From positions 6,190-70,189 of the IMG/VR virus record IMGVR_UViG_3300006920_000040: DNA of 64,000 bases. One strand, written 5' to 3'. The notes below the pieces were generated by a model that was given only the letters and a program-made list of their open reading frames with translations, searched no databases and had not been told where the DNA came from. Source of the DNA: a virus. Each line of letters begins with the position of its first letter. Position 1 is the stretch's first letter. Shown piece after piece: positions 19,921-29,375 of the stretch. Made by a program: the position numbers and the translations under genes.

Positions 19921-20229
19921 ATGAATAACTACAAACTATTACCTGAGAAATATAAGCCCCGTAATCAGACCACTTCAAACCATCTGATTAATGTCGGGGT
20001 TAATACAGAACTATACTGTAACGTGCATATGGATATTCATTCACAAACATTATCCGCATGGGTTAAATTTGATATGGGTGAGGTTAGAAAATCGTTCAAA
20101 TACGGGAATTTTAATGAAGCTTTGAGTTGGCTGGAGACGGAGCTATGGGAGTTAACCTTATTATTAGAAATTAGGGGTGCCGGAACCGTAATAAGGGAAC
20201 TTATTAACGAAATTAAAAACAATGAGTGA
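19921..20229 (+). CDS. Hypothetical protein
   Basis: 102 aa ORF overlapping the clamp loader start. Confidence 0.55.
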   Translation: MNNYKLLPEKYKPRNQTTSNHLINVGVNTELYCNVHMDIHSQTLSAWVKFDMGEVRKSFKYGNFNEALSWLETELWELTLLLEIRGAGTVIRELINEIKNNE

Positions 20230-21151
20230 TAAACTACTAGACCTACTTTGGCAGGAAAAATTCCGCCCCAAATCCCTCGATGAACTCGTTGTTGATGATA
20301 GCATCAAAAGACAAATTAAAGAGTTCACCACTGCTGGGGAGATCCCCCACATCCTTTTAATTGGAACCGCAGGAATTGGAAAAACTAGCCTTGCCAAAAT
20401 CCTTGTTGAGGACATTCTGGATTGTGAGTATCTGGCATTGAATGGCTCAGATGAAGGCGGCATTGACACCGTTCGGACAAAAGTCAAAGGATTTGCCTCA
20501 TCAGCCACATTTGATCGAAAGAAGAAAGTTATTATTTTTGGGGAAGCGGACGGGCTTACCAAAGCTGCACAAAACTCTTTGAAGGAAATCATTGAAGATT
20601 ATTCCGAGACCACTCGATTCATCTTCACCGCAAACGATGAGTCGAAACTATCAGCACCAATCATTAGCAGGTGTCAGAAGATCAATTTGTTCTGCAAATA
20701 TGAACCGTTCAAAGATCACTGCGTTTCCATCTTAGAGAAGGAAGGTGTGGATTACGATCTAGAGTCTGTCGAGAAGTGCATTAAACCATGCTTCCCCGAC
20801 TTCAGGAAGGCTCTTGTGGACATGAGGGCAAGCATTTCCGAGGGGGTGTTTACATTCAACCCAAAACAAGTTAATAAGAAATTCCCCCAACTGGTATGGA
20901 TGATGCTTGAGCGTGAGAAATCACCCGAGACTATCAGAGAGGTTTGCATTCAACAAAGCGCAGAATATGGTGCTCATGTCGAATTAATGGTTGACTTAAC
21001 GCATGTAGCTGTTAAAAAATACCCCGCCGCAATCAGTCGTGTAATACTACTTCTGATGAACAAATATATGGTGCAAGATAGCCAAGTTTATGATAAAGAG
21101 ATAAACTTCGCCTGTCTTTTGATTGACCTCTCAAAATTAGAATTAAAATAA
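20222..21151 (+). CDS. Sliding-clamp loader ATPase subunit (T4 gp44/RFC-like)
   Basis: WQEKFRPKSL, GTAGIGKT, NGSDEGGID, SRC, FPDFRK. Confidence 0.95.
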   Translation: MSDKLLDLLWQEKFRPKSLDELVVDDSIKRQIKEFTTAGEIPHILLIGTAGIGKTSLAKILVEDILDCEYLALNGSDEGGIDTVRTKVKGFASSATFDRKKKVIIFGEADGLTKAAQNSLKEIIEDYSETTRFIFTANDESKLSAPIISRCQKINLFCKYEPFKDHCVSILEKEGVDYDLESVEKCIKPCFPDFRKALVDMRASISEGVFTFNPKQVNKKFPQLVWMMLEREKSPETIREVCIQQSAEYGAHVELMVDLTHVAVKKYPAAISRVILLLMNKYMVQDSQVYDKEINFACLLIDLSKLELK

Positions 21152-21154
21152 CAC

Positions 21155-22381
21155 ATGTTACCAGAAACAAAAAAAATCAAAGAAACCCCGTTTTGGCAAA
21201 AACACATCCTAACACGAAATCCCGAAAAGCTGAAATATGAACTGCTTGGTAAGTTTGATAGGTTGGTTATTAACCATAGCGAAATACCGGAACTCGGGGT
21301 GGATGGGTGGGGTGACGTGATACACATCACCAGCATTTCCGATAAACTTAAGATCAGGTCGGGGTGTAAACTCCCAGATAATTTTTCACGATATTTGAAG
21401 GGGTTCGACTATTTGAAAAATGAGTGGTTAATGGAAAACTTCTACTATGTTGATTCTACTCAGGATCAGGATATTTTTGTGATCAAAGGATCGGAGGATA
21501 TTATATTGAATTTTACATTTAATTTCAACCCTGTTGACGACACTGAAGACGGGGTTGCTAGTAGGAAAAAAAACAAATTAACATATGAAGAGGGGTATGC
21601 TCATGTTGAGATCATATCCGGTCCGTTGAGCACCGATATGAAAATGGTATCCGACGAACTAGAACCATACATCTTTGTTGATGATGTTGAGGATGTGAAA
21701 TCAGCACATATGGTTGTTCAGAGATCCACGGGATTTGCTCTTTTAGATAATCCAGTGAAACCGTTCGATATTAATTTCGACGATCATTACAACGACGACA
21801 TTAATGACTTCAATGAACACATGAGGGCGTGGGATGAACACACCACACCTAATAAACGACTGTGCATTTTTTACGGACCTGCGGGGACCGGAAAGACGAA
21901 CTGGATCAAGAACTACATCCAACAGACTAACCGGAAGTCGATTTACATCCCACCATCAATGAGCCACATGATTACCGACGCCTCATTTATTGATTTCATG
22001 CTATCCCATAAAGGGTCTCTCATTATCATGGAAGACGCGGAAAATGTATTAGCAAGGAGGGAGGATATTACCAATAACCAGACCAGTAACATTCTAAATT
22101 TGACTGATGGTATGATGGCTGATTTTCTGGATCTTCGAATCATTGCAACACACAACAAGGATAAATCTTGGATCGATACTGCTCTCAGAAGACCGGGACG
22201 ATGCTACTGTGAGCACGAATTCAGGAAGCTCACCCCAGATAAATCAAAGAGCTTATGTGAGAAACTCGGATCACCATATGAGGGGGGTGAACTTTCGGTT
22301 TCGGAAGTGTTTAACTCCGAGGAGTATGGTCAGGATGACAGCCCAACCACAGATGGGGGTTTCATGGGATTTAACACTTAA
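21155..22381 (+). CDS. AAA+ ATPase
   Basis: GPAGTGKT, IIMEDAE, ILNLTDG, IDTALRRPGR. Confidence 0.9.
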   Translation: MLPETKKIKETPFWQKHILTRNPEKLKYELLGKFDRLVINHSEIPELGVDGWGDVIHITSISDKLKIRSGCKLPDNFSRYLKGFDYLKNEWLMENFYYVDSTQDQDIFVIKGSEDIILNFTFNFNPVDDTEDGVASRKKNKLTYEEGYAHVEIISGPLSTDMKMVSDELEPYIFVDDVEDVKSAHMVVQRSTGFALLDNPVKPFDINFDDHYNDDINDFNEHMRAWDEHTTPNKRLCIFYGPAGTGKTNWIKNYIQQTNRKSIYIPPSMSHMITDASFIDFMLSHKGSLIIMEDAENVLARREDITNNQTSNILNLTDGMMADFLDLRIIATHNKDKSWIDTALRRPGRCYCEHEFRKLTPDKSKSLCEKLGSPYEGGELSVSEVFNSEEYGQDDSPTTDGGFMGFNT

Positions 22382-22385
22382 TATT

Positions 22386-22934
22386 ATGGATACTGGAGAT
22401 TGGAGAACAACCGATATGGTAGAAACCCGCTTTTTTCAAGCGGGTGGTCCGGAAGATTGGACGGAAGATTGGGACCATGAGAATGGGAAATATTTTTGCA
22501 AATGCTCACAATGCGAAATTGGATTCGTGGGACATAAGAGGCGAACTATCTGTAAGACTTGTGATACCAAATTTCAGGACCTTATCGACTCTATGACTGA
22601 TGAAGAACGGGTGGCTTTTGACGAAAAACGAAACAAGGAGATCGCGGAAGCCTTTGCGAAATATTCGTTGGATAATTTCAAAACCAAAGTGAAAGGTATT
22701 GAGGAGGCTTATACCGAAAAACGGAGAACAGCTATACGAAAAGTGACGGAAAAGATGAGTAAAGAGCATTGGTCCGTCACCCGACCAATGCTAGTTAAAG
22801 AGTGCCTCGAACTGGGTGGTCACAAATATATCATAAATCCCAACTATAACCGTAACATGGCGGGTGATTATTCTTATACGTGCGAATATTGTAAAAAAAC
22901 CGCCAATAAGAATTCGGAGGGTGAGTTCTATTAA
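22386..22934 (+). CDS. Hypothetical protein with Zn-ribbon CxxC pairs
   Basis: CKCSQC...CKTC and CEYC. Confidence 0.55.
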   Translation: MDTGDWRTTDMVETRFFQAGGPEDWTEDWDHENGKYFCKCSQCEIGFVGHKRRTICKTCDTKFQDLIDSMTDEERVAFDEKRNKEIAEAFAKYSLDNFKTKVKGIEEAYTEKRRTAIRKVTEKMSKEHWSVTRPMLVKECLELGGHKYIINPNYNRNMAGDYSYTCEYCKKTANKNSEGEFY

Positions 22935-22939
22935 ACGTT

Positions 22940-23626
22940 ATGGGTAATATTATAATACAGAAAGGTTATAACGGTAGGGAGGTGGCGGCATCATTAAATT
23001 TCGCTTATGTGAATGAAGATTATGATGTTTTCTTTTCGGATGGTGATTTACGTGACTTCAAACGTAGACCTGCGGTCATCATCGGAACTGTGGAATTCTT
23101 GGAATCCATAATCTGGAAACACCGACCAAATTACTACCCAGAATGGAGTAAGGATTTCTGGTTTAGGGCAATAACCGAATTCCTATCTTTTGATGACGTA
23201 AAAGTCGGGAATTGGTTTATTAAACCCAGTGATTCGTATAAACGTTTTGATGGACGGGTAATTTATGAGTGGTCTGACACAGACCCATACCCAATGTATA
23301 TTCCTGAGGATTTTCCGGTCAATGCATCCGAGGTAGTAGAATTCGTTGATGAGTGGCGGTATTATGTTGCCAATGGTAAGGTTTTAACCTCTTGGTGGTA
23401 TCAAGGTTCTGATGAGACGTGTGAAAACGACCCCCATGGACCCCGTATCGACCACATGCCTATCCCTGAAGACTATTGTGGGGCAATTGACATGGGTATC
23501 CTGTCCACAGGGGAACTCGCTCTAGTCGAAATACAGCACCCATACGCCATTGGCTGGTATGGTGAAAATTCGGGCTTTGGAAAATATATAGAATTCCTTG
23601 AAAAAGGATTGAATCAACTATATTAA
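22940..23626 (+). CDS. Second ATP-grasp protein (R2K/DUF4343-like)
   Basis: FIKPSDSYKRFDG, EWRYYV, AIDMG, LALVE..HPYAIGWYG. Confidence 0.8.
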   Translation: MGNIIIQKGYNGREVAASLNFAYVNEDYDVFFSDGDLRDFKRRPAVIIGTVEFLESIIWKHRPNYYPEWSKDFWFRAITEFLSFDDVKVGNWFIKPSDSYKRFDGRVIYEWSDTDPYPMYIPEDFPVNASEVVEFVDEWRYYVANGKVLTSWWYQGSDETCENDPHGPRIDHMPIPEDYCGAIDMGILSTGELALVEIQHPYAIGWYGENSGFGKYIEFLEKGLNQLY

Positions 23627-24075
23627 AGCGTCTGGAAATCGGAAGTAGTTTCTTCCTTTTTCTGGGCTTTAGTCCCGCTGATGAGATCAAGAACTTCGGG
23701 CTTTCCGTCTTTATCTTCTTTGGACTTGTGCCTCCACGAATCGGGAATTTCTGGCGGGACATTATATCCGACAACCTCAAGAGCATCAACAGGCACGGTG
23801 AACTTCTGGGGGAAAATACCACTAGCAAGTTCCTGACCGATAACTGCCGCGAACAAATTAGGCTTATTTCCGCCGTCTTCCGGAGTGACCTTAACCACCT
23901 CAAGAACCTTAATATTTAGATCCTCGCCTTTAATTCGCTTAAGCTCATCATTCATCGAATCGGGGGCACCCTCGATGTCAGTTCTTTTTAGTTTAACATA
24001 ATCTAGAACCTGAACCCCACCTTGGGTAAAGCGACCTACTGAATGTTGATAGAGTTTCTCGAATTTGGGAGTCAT
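23623..24075 (-). CDS. Late hypothetical protein, probably virion
   Basis: Start reassigned to MTPKFEKLY; TAATTA box 5 nt upstream. Confidence 0.6.
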   Translation of the reverse strand: MTPKFEKLYQHSVGRFTQGGVQVLDYVKLKRTDIEGAPDSMNDELKRIKGEDLNIKVLEVVKVTPEDGGNKPNLFAAVIGQELASGIFPQKFTVPVDALEVVGYNVPPEIPDSWRHKSKEDKDGKPEVLDLISGTKAQKKEETTSDFQTL

Positions 24076-24226
24076 GATTTTAATTATTATTAATTGTTGA
24101 CAAATACAACCCATACCTCATTGTATTACAATACATGCGTCCGTATGTGTTCACGTAATATTGGTAGTCACCTCTCGCCTAAATAAACTTGAAAACACCC
24201 AAACCAACCATATAATAAATTTAACA

Positions 24227-25588
24227 ATGACAAATAACCAACCCTTAGTGGTCACCACAGCAGGAACTAAAGTTCATCGTATCCTAACCATCCTCCTAGA
24301 GGATGACTTCCCCAAATTCCCCACTTACGCCGAGGCTACGGAACACCTAAACGAACAGTATGCCGAAGATATTTCCAAAAGCCAGTTTAGAAAAACGGTA
24401 AACAAATACAACAATGGAAAATATTCGGTGGACGGCAACACATGGTTGGATACAGGTTCCATTAACCTACTATCCGATAATTCGGAAACTGGTGACGACC
24501 ATGAAACATCGGTTTCCGAATTATCCGAAGCAGTGTATAGTGACGACAGTGTTGGTGATGAGATCATTAATCGCTATCAAGAATACTGTAAGAAGCTGGG
24601 TATTACGCCCGAAGCAGCTGGAGGCTCTTACGTTAAATTTGGAGATGTCACTGTCCGTATTCCCACCACGAAAGGTGCGGTTGGAGGGGATCTGGAGGAG
24701 ATGACAAAGAACTTGGAGATCGCGAAAGAGAAACTCAAGAAGGACATTAAAGGTGATAAACTCTCATGGAAATCCTCCAAGTCGGCTGTTGGGGGTCGGG
24801 TTGGTGTTCTAAATATCGCGGACATTCATCTCGGTGCCTTTATCCAAGGACTCCAGCAGACGCCCAATTACTCATTGGATGTTATTAAAGAATTCTTCAT
24901 GGAAATTGCCGACAAAATTAACAGTTTTGGGTATGGCCAAGTTCATGTAAATTTCTTGGGGGACTTGGTTGAGACTGGGTTTGATCTCATGCACTCTGGA
25001 CAATGGAAAGAAATCGAGAATGGTATTCATGGCGTGAAAGCGGTCAAGATCTGTGTGGACATTATGCATCAGTATCTGTTGAGCGACATTACCAACCTTG
25101 TCGGAGTGAACATTATTAGTGGTAATCATGACCGTAGCTCTGCCGATAAGAGCGCAGGAACGGAAGGTTACATCACTGAACTCATCGCTTGGGGGTTGGA
25201 ACTCATCGGATATGATCTGGAATATAACCCGCTGATTATCTCCAAAGAGATTGATGGAATCCAATACATCCTTTCCCACGGTGACCAACGCATCTCAAAG
25301 TTGTCCACGGAACAGTTGGCTTTACAGTGGGGTTCTCATGAACTCTACAATTTAAATCTACAGGGTCACCTCCACTCACTTTCTAAGTTTGCATCACAAC
25401 GCCCTAAGAACATTGAGACTCTTAAGATTGACGACAACCTCAACAATCGACTTCGTAAGATGATTCTCCCTTCATTATTTGGCGGTAACGCTTATTCGGA
25501 AAACGGCGGGTGGACATCCCAACAAGGTTACGTTATTATTGAAAATAACGGAAAGGGGACTCCAAATGTCTTTGACTTCACATTATAA
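24227..25588 (+). CDS. Calcineurin-like metallophosphoesterase with N-terminal extension
   Basis: DIH, GD, GNHD, HGD and GHLH motifs. Confidence 0.88.
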   Translation: MTNNQPLVVTTAGTKVHRILTILLEDDFPKFPTYAEATEHLNEQYAEDISKSQFRKTVNKYNNGKYSVDGNTWLDTGSINLLSDNSETGDDHETSVSELSEAVYSDDSVGDEIINRYQEYCKKLGITPEAAGGSYVKFGDVTVRIPTTKGAVGGDLEEMTKNLEIAKEKLKKDIKGDKLSWKSSKSAVGGRVGVLNIADIHLGAFIQGLQQTPNYSLDVIKEFFMEIADKINSFGYGQVHVNFLGDLVETGFDLMHSGQWKEIENGIHGVKAVKICVDIMHQYLLSDITNLVGVNIISGNHDRSSADKSAGTEGYITELIAWGLELIGYDLEYNPLIISKEIDGIQYILSHGDQRISKLSTEQLALQWGSHELYNLNLQGHLHSLSKFASQRPKNIETLKIDDNLNNRLRKMILPSLFGGNAYSENGGWTSQQGYVIIENNGKGTPNVFDFTL

Positions 25589-25590
25589 AA

Positions 25591-25833
25591 ATGACAGATA
25601 GACAAAACAAAGGCGACTGGCTGACCAATAACCCAAAAACGATCCACTCATGGTGGCCTCGAAGGGCGGTTAAAATGAAACAAGGTCCACCTAAAGCCAC
25701 CGAGTCCAAATCCCAAGAAGATCTTATTAAAATGGGATTGGTTGGGATTTATCTTGACGAAGACCTAGAAAACCCGTTTAATGAATACCCACTTTGTGGA
25801 AACCAAAAAGATTACAAACAAAAATTAAAATGA
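25591..25833 (+). CDS. Hypothetical protein
   Basis: 80 aa; ATGA overlap with the next gene. Confidence 0.55.
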   Translation: MTDRQNKGDWLTNNPKTIHSWWPRRAVKMKQGPPKATESKSQEDLIKMGLVGIYLDEDLENPFNEYPLCGNQKDYKQKLK

Positions 25834-26615
25834 CAGACAGCAAAATTAAACAAATTAAACAAATAGTTACCGAAGTCACCGAAAGATTTATCGGCACAAC
25901 CGCAACACAATATACGATTGCCCATATGCAATCAGTATTACATTGGGAACTAGGGCCTTTGATCGAGGATTTAGCTCGTGTTACAGTTACAATAACGGTT
26001 GGTAGTGGCGAAGCAAACGCAATATTCATTGATTCCTCTGGAGATATTATTGATATCACAGAAAAATCTGTTGAGGATATCTGCTGGGACAACATGAACT
26101 ATTCGGGTCTATTCAAGGAGAGTGACTCAGCGTTTATTGATATGGTGCAAGATATAGTCAAAGCAAAATACACCAATGAAACCGAACTGGAGTGTGTGAT
26201 GTGTGACGAAGTAAGGGCGGGTTTGGACCAACACCTGATGGGTGCGCTAAAAACCACACCAACATTCGAAGACCTCACCAATGATGTAATTGATTGGGCT
26301 GAAAATAAAAACCTTTTCACCGAGTCTGATCCAGCCAAACAACTTGAGAAAACTCAAGAGGAACTCACAGAGACTAGAGATGCCCATATTGCTCTTAGGA
26401 CGCTACGTGAGGCTGGTTTACCAGAAGATCATGAACTCATAGTGAAATACAAGAAGGAGCTTGTGGACGGGCTTGGTGACACCCTAGTAACATTGATCAT
26501 TTTCGCTGAACAGGCTGATCTGGAGTGTGTAACTGCACTCAAAACTGCATATGATGTTATTAAGAATAGAACTGGTAAAACCATTGACGGTAAATTCGTG
26601 AAGGATGAGTCATAA
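25830..26615 (+). CDS. Protein with C-terminal MazG-like NTP pyrophosphohydrolase domain
   Basis: WAENKNL...QLEKTQEELTE...DGLGDTLVTL...AYDVIKNRTGK..DGKFVK. Confidence 0.85.
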   Translation: MTDSKIKQIKQIVTEVTERFIGTTATQYTIAHMQSVLHWELGPLIEDLARVTVTITVGSGEANAIFIDSSGDIIDITEKSVEDICWDNMNYSGLFKESDSAFIDMVQDIVKAKYTNETELECVMCDEVRAGLDQHLMGALKTTPTFEDLTNDVIDWAENKNLFTESDPAKQLEKTQEELTETRDAHIALRTLREAGLPEDHELIVKYKKELVDGLGDTLVTLIIFAEQADLECVTALKTAYDVIKNRTGKTIDGKFVKDES

Positions 26616-26820
26616 TACACATGACTGTTATGTTTCTGGTAAAATCGACACACCAGAGTCCGCCAACAGAATAGCGGCGGGGTTAAAAAAATACATTAGA
26701 TCGGAATGGCCCACAGCAACAGACATTAGTGTAAAATACTCCAATAAGACCACCACATTCTCATGTAGGTATGTGGTGGATAGGGTGGAGTATGTTTCAA
26801 CACACCGAATTCGTAATTAA
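26605..26820 (+). CDS. Hypothetical protein
   Basis: 71 aa ORF. Confidence 0.5.
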   Translation: MSHNTHDCYVSGKIDTPESANRIAAGLKKYIRSEWPTATDISVKYSNKTTTFSCRYVVDRVEYVSTHRIRN

Positions 26821-26825
26821 ACTAT

Positions 26826-27263
26826 GTGAGCATCATCCTTAAAGACACCAGCCTGAAGAACAGCACATCAGGCAATTTTACTTATAGGGATGTTAATCTG
26901 AACTTAAATGGTCGTCAACCGGTTACTAGCGTAGTCGTTGACGACCTTTTTGCGATTACAGAGTCCATGAGGAACATCCTCACCATAAAAAAAGGGAGTC
27001 GCTTCCTTAACCGTTCTTTCGGGAATGAGCTGAGTGAATATATGTTCGAACCGATCACTGAGGAGCTTGGTAAATCATTAGGTGACGATTTGGCCGAAAC
27101 TTTAAAACAGGAGACCCGAATCGTTGTCCAAGAGGTTAACGTAACGGTTGACAAAGCGGAGGGTATCTACGAATTGGACATTATCTTCACCGTCCCCACT
27201 TTGAGTCAAAGCGATATTTCTATGCAAGTTGATTTTGCAATGAACCAAGGTTTGACCTTCTAG
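26826..27263 (+). CDS. Baseplate wedge / sheath initiator (T4 gp25-like)
   Basis: AITESMRNILT.KGSRFLNRSFG..L.EYMFEP...ETRI. Confidence 0.88.
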   Translation: MSIILKDTSLKNSTSGNFTYRDVNLNLNGRQPVTSVVVDDLFAITESMRNILTIKKGSRFLNRSFGNELSEYMFEPITEELGKSLGDDLAETLKQETRIVVQEVNVTVDKAEGIYELDIIFTVPTLSQSDISMQVDFAMNQGLTF

Positions 27264-28388
27264 TTAGAAAGCCCTCTTAACCAACCCACCAATAACCGAG
27301 GAAGCCTCCTTGATCGTCTTACATAATAGGTCGGGGTCGTTGTTTATTGCTCTGAGTTTATTACCGGTGTGGATGTATTCGTGTTGTAAGTTACGATAGC
27401 TTGGGAGCAACTCCTTAACCATGATTCTACACTGATATGCTTCCGGCACAGGCTCTCCATCGATGTAAAGAAAATTACCCACACCCGTATATTCAAAGTC
27501 CAATTTAACAAGGGGTGCATATCGCAAACCCCCTATTTCGGCTTCTGCAATGATGGGAGAGTCTTCAATGTATCGATTTCTGCTCCGTGCTGACACCTGA
27601 TATGCCATAAAACGAACAAACTCTTGGTTGAATTTCGTGGTTTCGACATCAATGGTGTTCAATAGGTCTATGTTGAGTTCATAACCAATAGGACTAGAAC
27701 CCCGATAAAACCTATCAGCAGAATCCGAAGCATTGACCGAGGGGTATATCGTCCGTCCGATAGTCCCCATCAATTTACCCGAACCGGCTATAGTTGACCC
27801 AATAACATTACCTACACCACCTCTTGAGCGAGAATTATTAGCGAAATAACTTGTAATATTATTGGATAATGCGCTGAAAAGATTACCACCTTCCCCCTCA
27901 CCATTACCGAAAGATGTAGTGTAGGTTTGGGGTAGCAATGAGAGCATTGGTAGCTTGACCGTCCATTTCAAATCATCCGCAATCATCATGTTCGCATATG
28001 GGTTGGTGATATCAAGACCATCCCTCACCTCCTTAAAATTGACACCATCGGATAGGTTTTGATCTGCAATTTGGAGACCTTGTGATATGTTGGTGAACAG
28101 GTTGGTTAATACGCTCGAATATTTCGGTTGATGAAATTTCAAGGTATAACTCACTAAGTCCTCTTTGGAGAGGGTAGGGCTTTGACTCCAAGACGTGGAT
28201 TTCGTTAAGTCAATAACTCCGGCTGGTCGAGAAAGAGCCTTATAAGCCTGTGCGGGGTTCTTGGAGTCAATACGATACCGTATCTTATCACCAAAGGTCC
28301 CATCCGATCTTTGTTTTAACTTTTGATTAAAAGAGAAATCAGAAGCTGTAATCTGATCATCAAATTTATTTTTAACATTCGTTGCCAC
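27264..28388 (-). CDS. Baseplate/tail-tube cap protein (T4 gp48-like)
   Basis: Late box 5 nt upstream, tube-like C-terminal pattern (PVPEAYQ..I..KEL), baseplate context. Confidence 0.5.
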   Translation of the reverse strand: MATNVKNKFDDQITASDFSFNQKLKQRSDGTFGDKIRYRIDSKNPAQAYKALSRPAGVIDLTKSTSWSQSPTLSKEDLVSYTLKFHQPKYSSVLTNLFTNISQGLQIADQNLSDGVNFKEVRDGLDITNPYANMMIADDLKWTVKLPMLSLLPQTYTTSFGNGEGEGGNLFSALSNNITSYFANNSRSRGGVGNVIGSTIAGSGKLMGTIGRTIYPSVNASDSADRFYRGSSPIGYELNIDLLNTIDVETTKFNQEFVRFMAYQVSARSRNRYIEDSPIIAEAEIGGLRYAPLVKLDFEYTGVGNFLYIDGEPVPEAYQCRIMVKELLPSYRNLQHEYIHTGNKLRAINNDPDLLCKTIKEASSVIGGLVKRAF

Positions 28389-28448
28389 AATTTTAATTAC
28401 TGAAAAAAATATTGACGAATTGGAGTTTGCATGGTAATCTCCAAACAG

Positions 28449-28664
28449 ATGAGAGCACTACAAAAAATTGACAAATATCTCGAACGGAGAGGTAAACCCA
28501 CCACCATCAAGCAAATTCAAAGTCGCCTGAAGACCCAAGGGACTACCTGTGATGATATTTTTCACTTGCTACAGACCAGCAGCAGGGTGAGAGTCACTTA
28601 TTCCGAGCGGGGGGTGTCTTGCTATGAGACCAGTGTCATTAAAAAAATCAAGATGAGAGGATGA
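28449..28664 (+). CDS. Small basic winged-helix-like protein
   Basis: Start ATG 28449 follows a TTGACG-17-TAATCT promoter. Confidence 0.45.
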   Translation: MRALQKIDKYLERRGKPTTIKQIQSRLKTQGTTCDDIFHLLQTSSRVRVTYSERGVSCYETSVIKKIKMRG

Positions 28665-28843
28665 AGGGCGGCACTACATTATCTCAAGATGAAATTAAAG
28701 CCATTATTGGTGACATTGACCTCGAAATATTAACAACATTGGATATGATCAAAAAAGACCCCTCAATTAGACGGGAACTTATGTCGCGTATTGACGATAT
28801 TTTAGATAATCGGTGGGATGCCATGTATCTACTCAAAAAATAA
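28661..28843 (+). CDS. Hypothetical protein
   Basis: 60 aa; ATGA overlap. Confidence 0.5.
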   Translation: MKGGTTLSQDEIKAIIGDIDLEILTTLDMIKKDPSIRRELMSRIDDILDNRWDAMYLLKK

Positions 28844-28847
28844 ATCT

Positions 28848-29330
28848 ATGAAATTTGAGGATATTAAAGAAGGACAATACCTGTTCTATACCGAACGGTC
28901 TAGGAATGGTAACATGGATGATAATTACGCCGACTCCCTAAATCTTGTTGTATCAAAAGACGGTGTATTGTTTCCTAAGTGTTTATGTTACGCTTATTAC
29001 GGGGGTTATAAAACAGGAGAAACGCTTAGTCGAGAGGTTGAGCTTGAACTGGAATCTTGTTTTGATGAAAATTGCTGGCATCTCGTCGATGATTTTCATA
29101 AAGCAAATTACGAGGAAGCCGTCCAATACCTGAGAGCGAAATTCCCGTTAAATCACACTTATGAGGAAATCATGTCAACGCTAAACCACAATACCCAATT
29201 GACAAAACCCATCGGGATCAATGATCTCTATTTGGCTTGCAAGGCATTACCTTTAAATTTCGAAAATATGGACCATCGGGATATAATCTTGGGGATCGTC
29301 ACACAATGCCATGAAATGATGAGAGAGTGA
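28848..29330 (+). CDS. Hypothetical protein
   Basis: MKFEDIKEG start. Confidence 0.55.
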   Translation: MKFEDIKEGQYLFYTERSRNGNMDDNYADSLNLVVSKDGVLFPKCLCYAYYGGYKTGETLSREVELELESCFDENCWHLVDDFHKANYEEAVQYLRAKFPLNHTYEEIMSTLNHNTQLTKPIGINDLYLACKALPLNFENMDHRDIILGIVTQCHEMMRE

Positions 29331-29375
29331 TAATCTAACATTGTTCTTTTAATTGCTACCAATAATTAAAAGATA

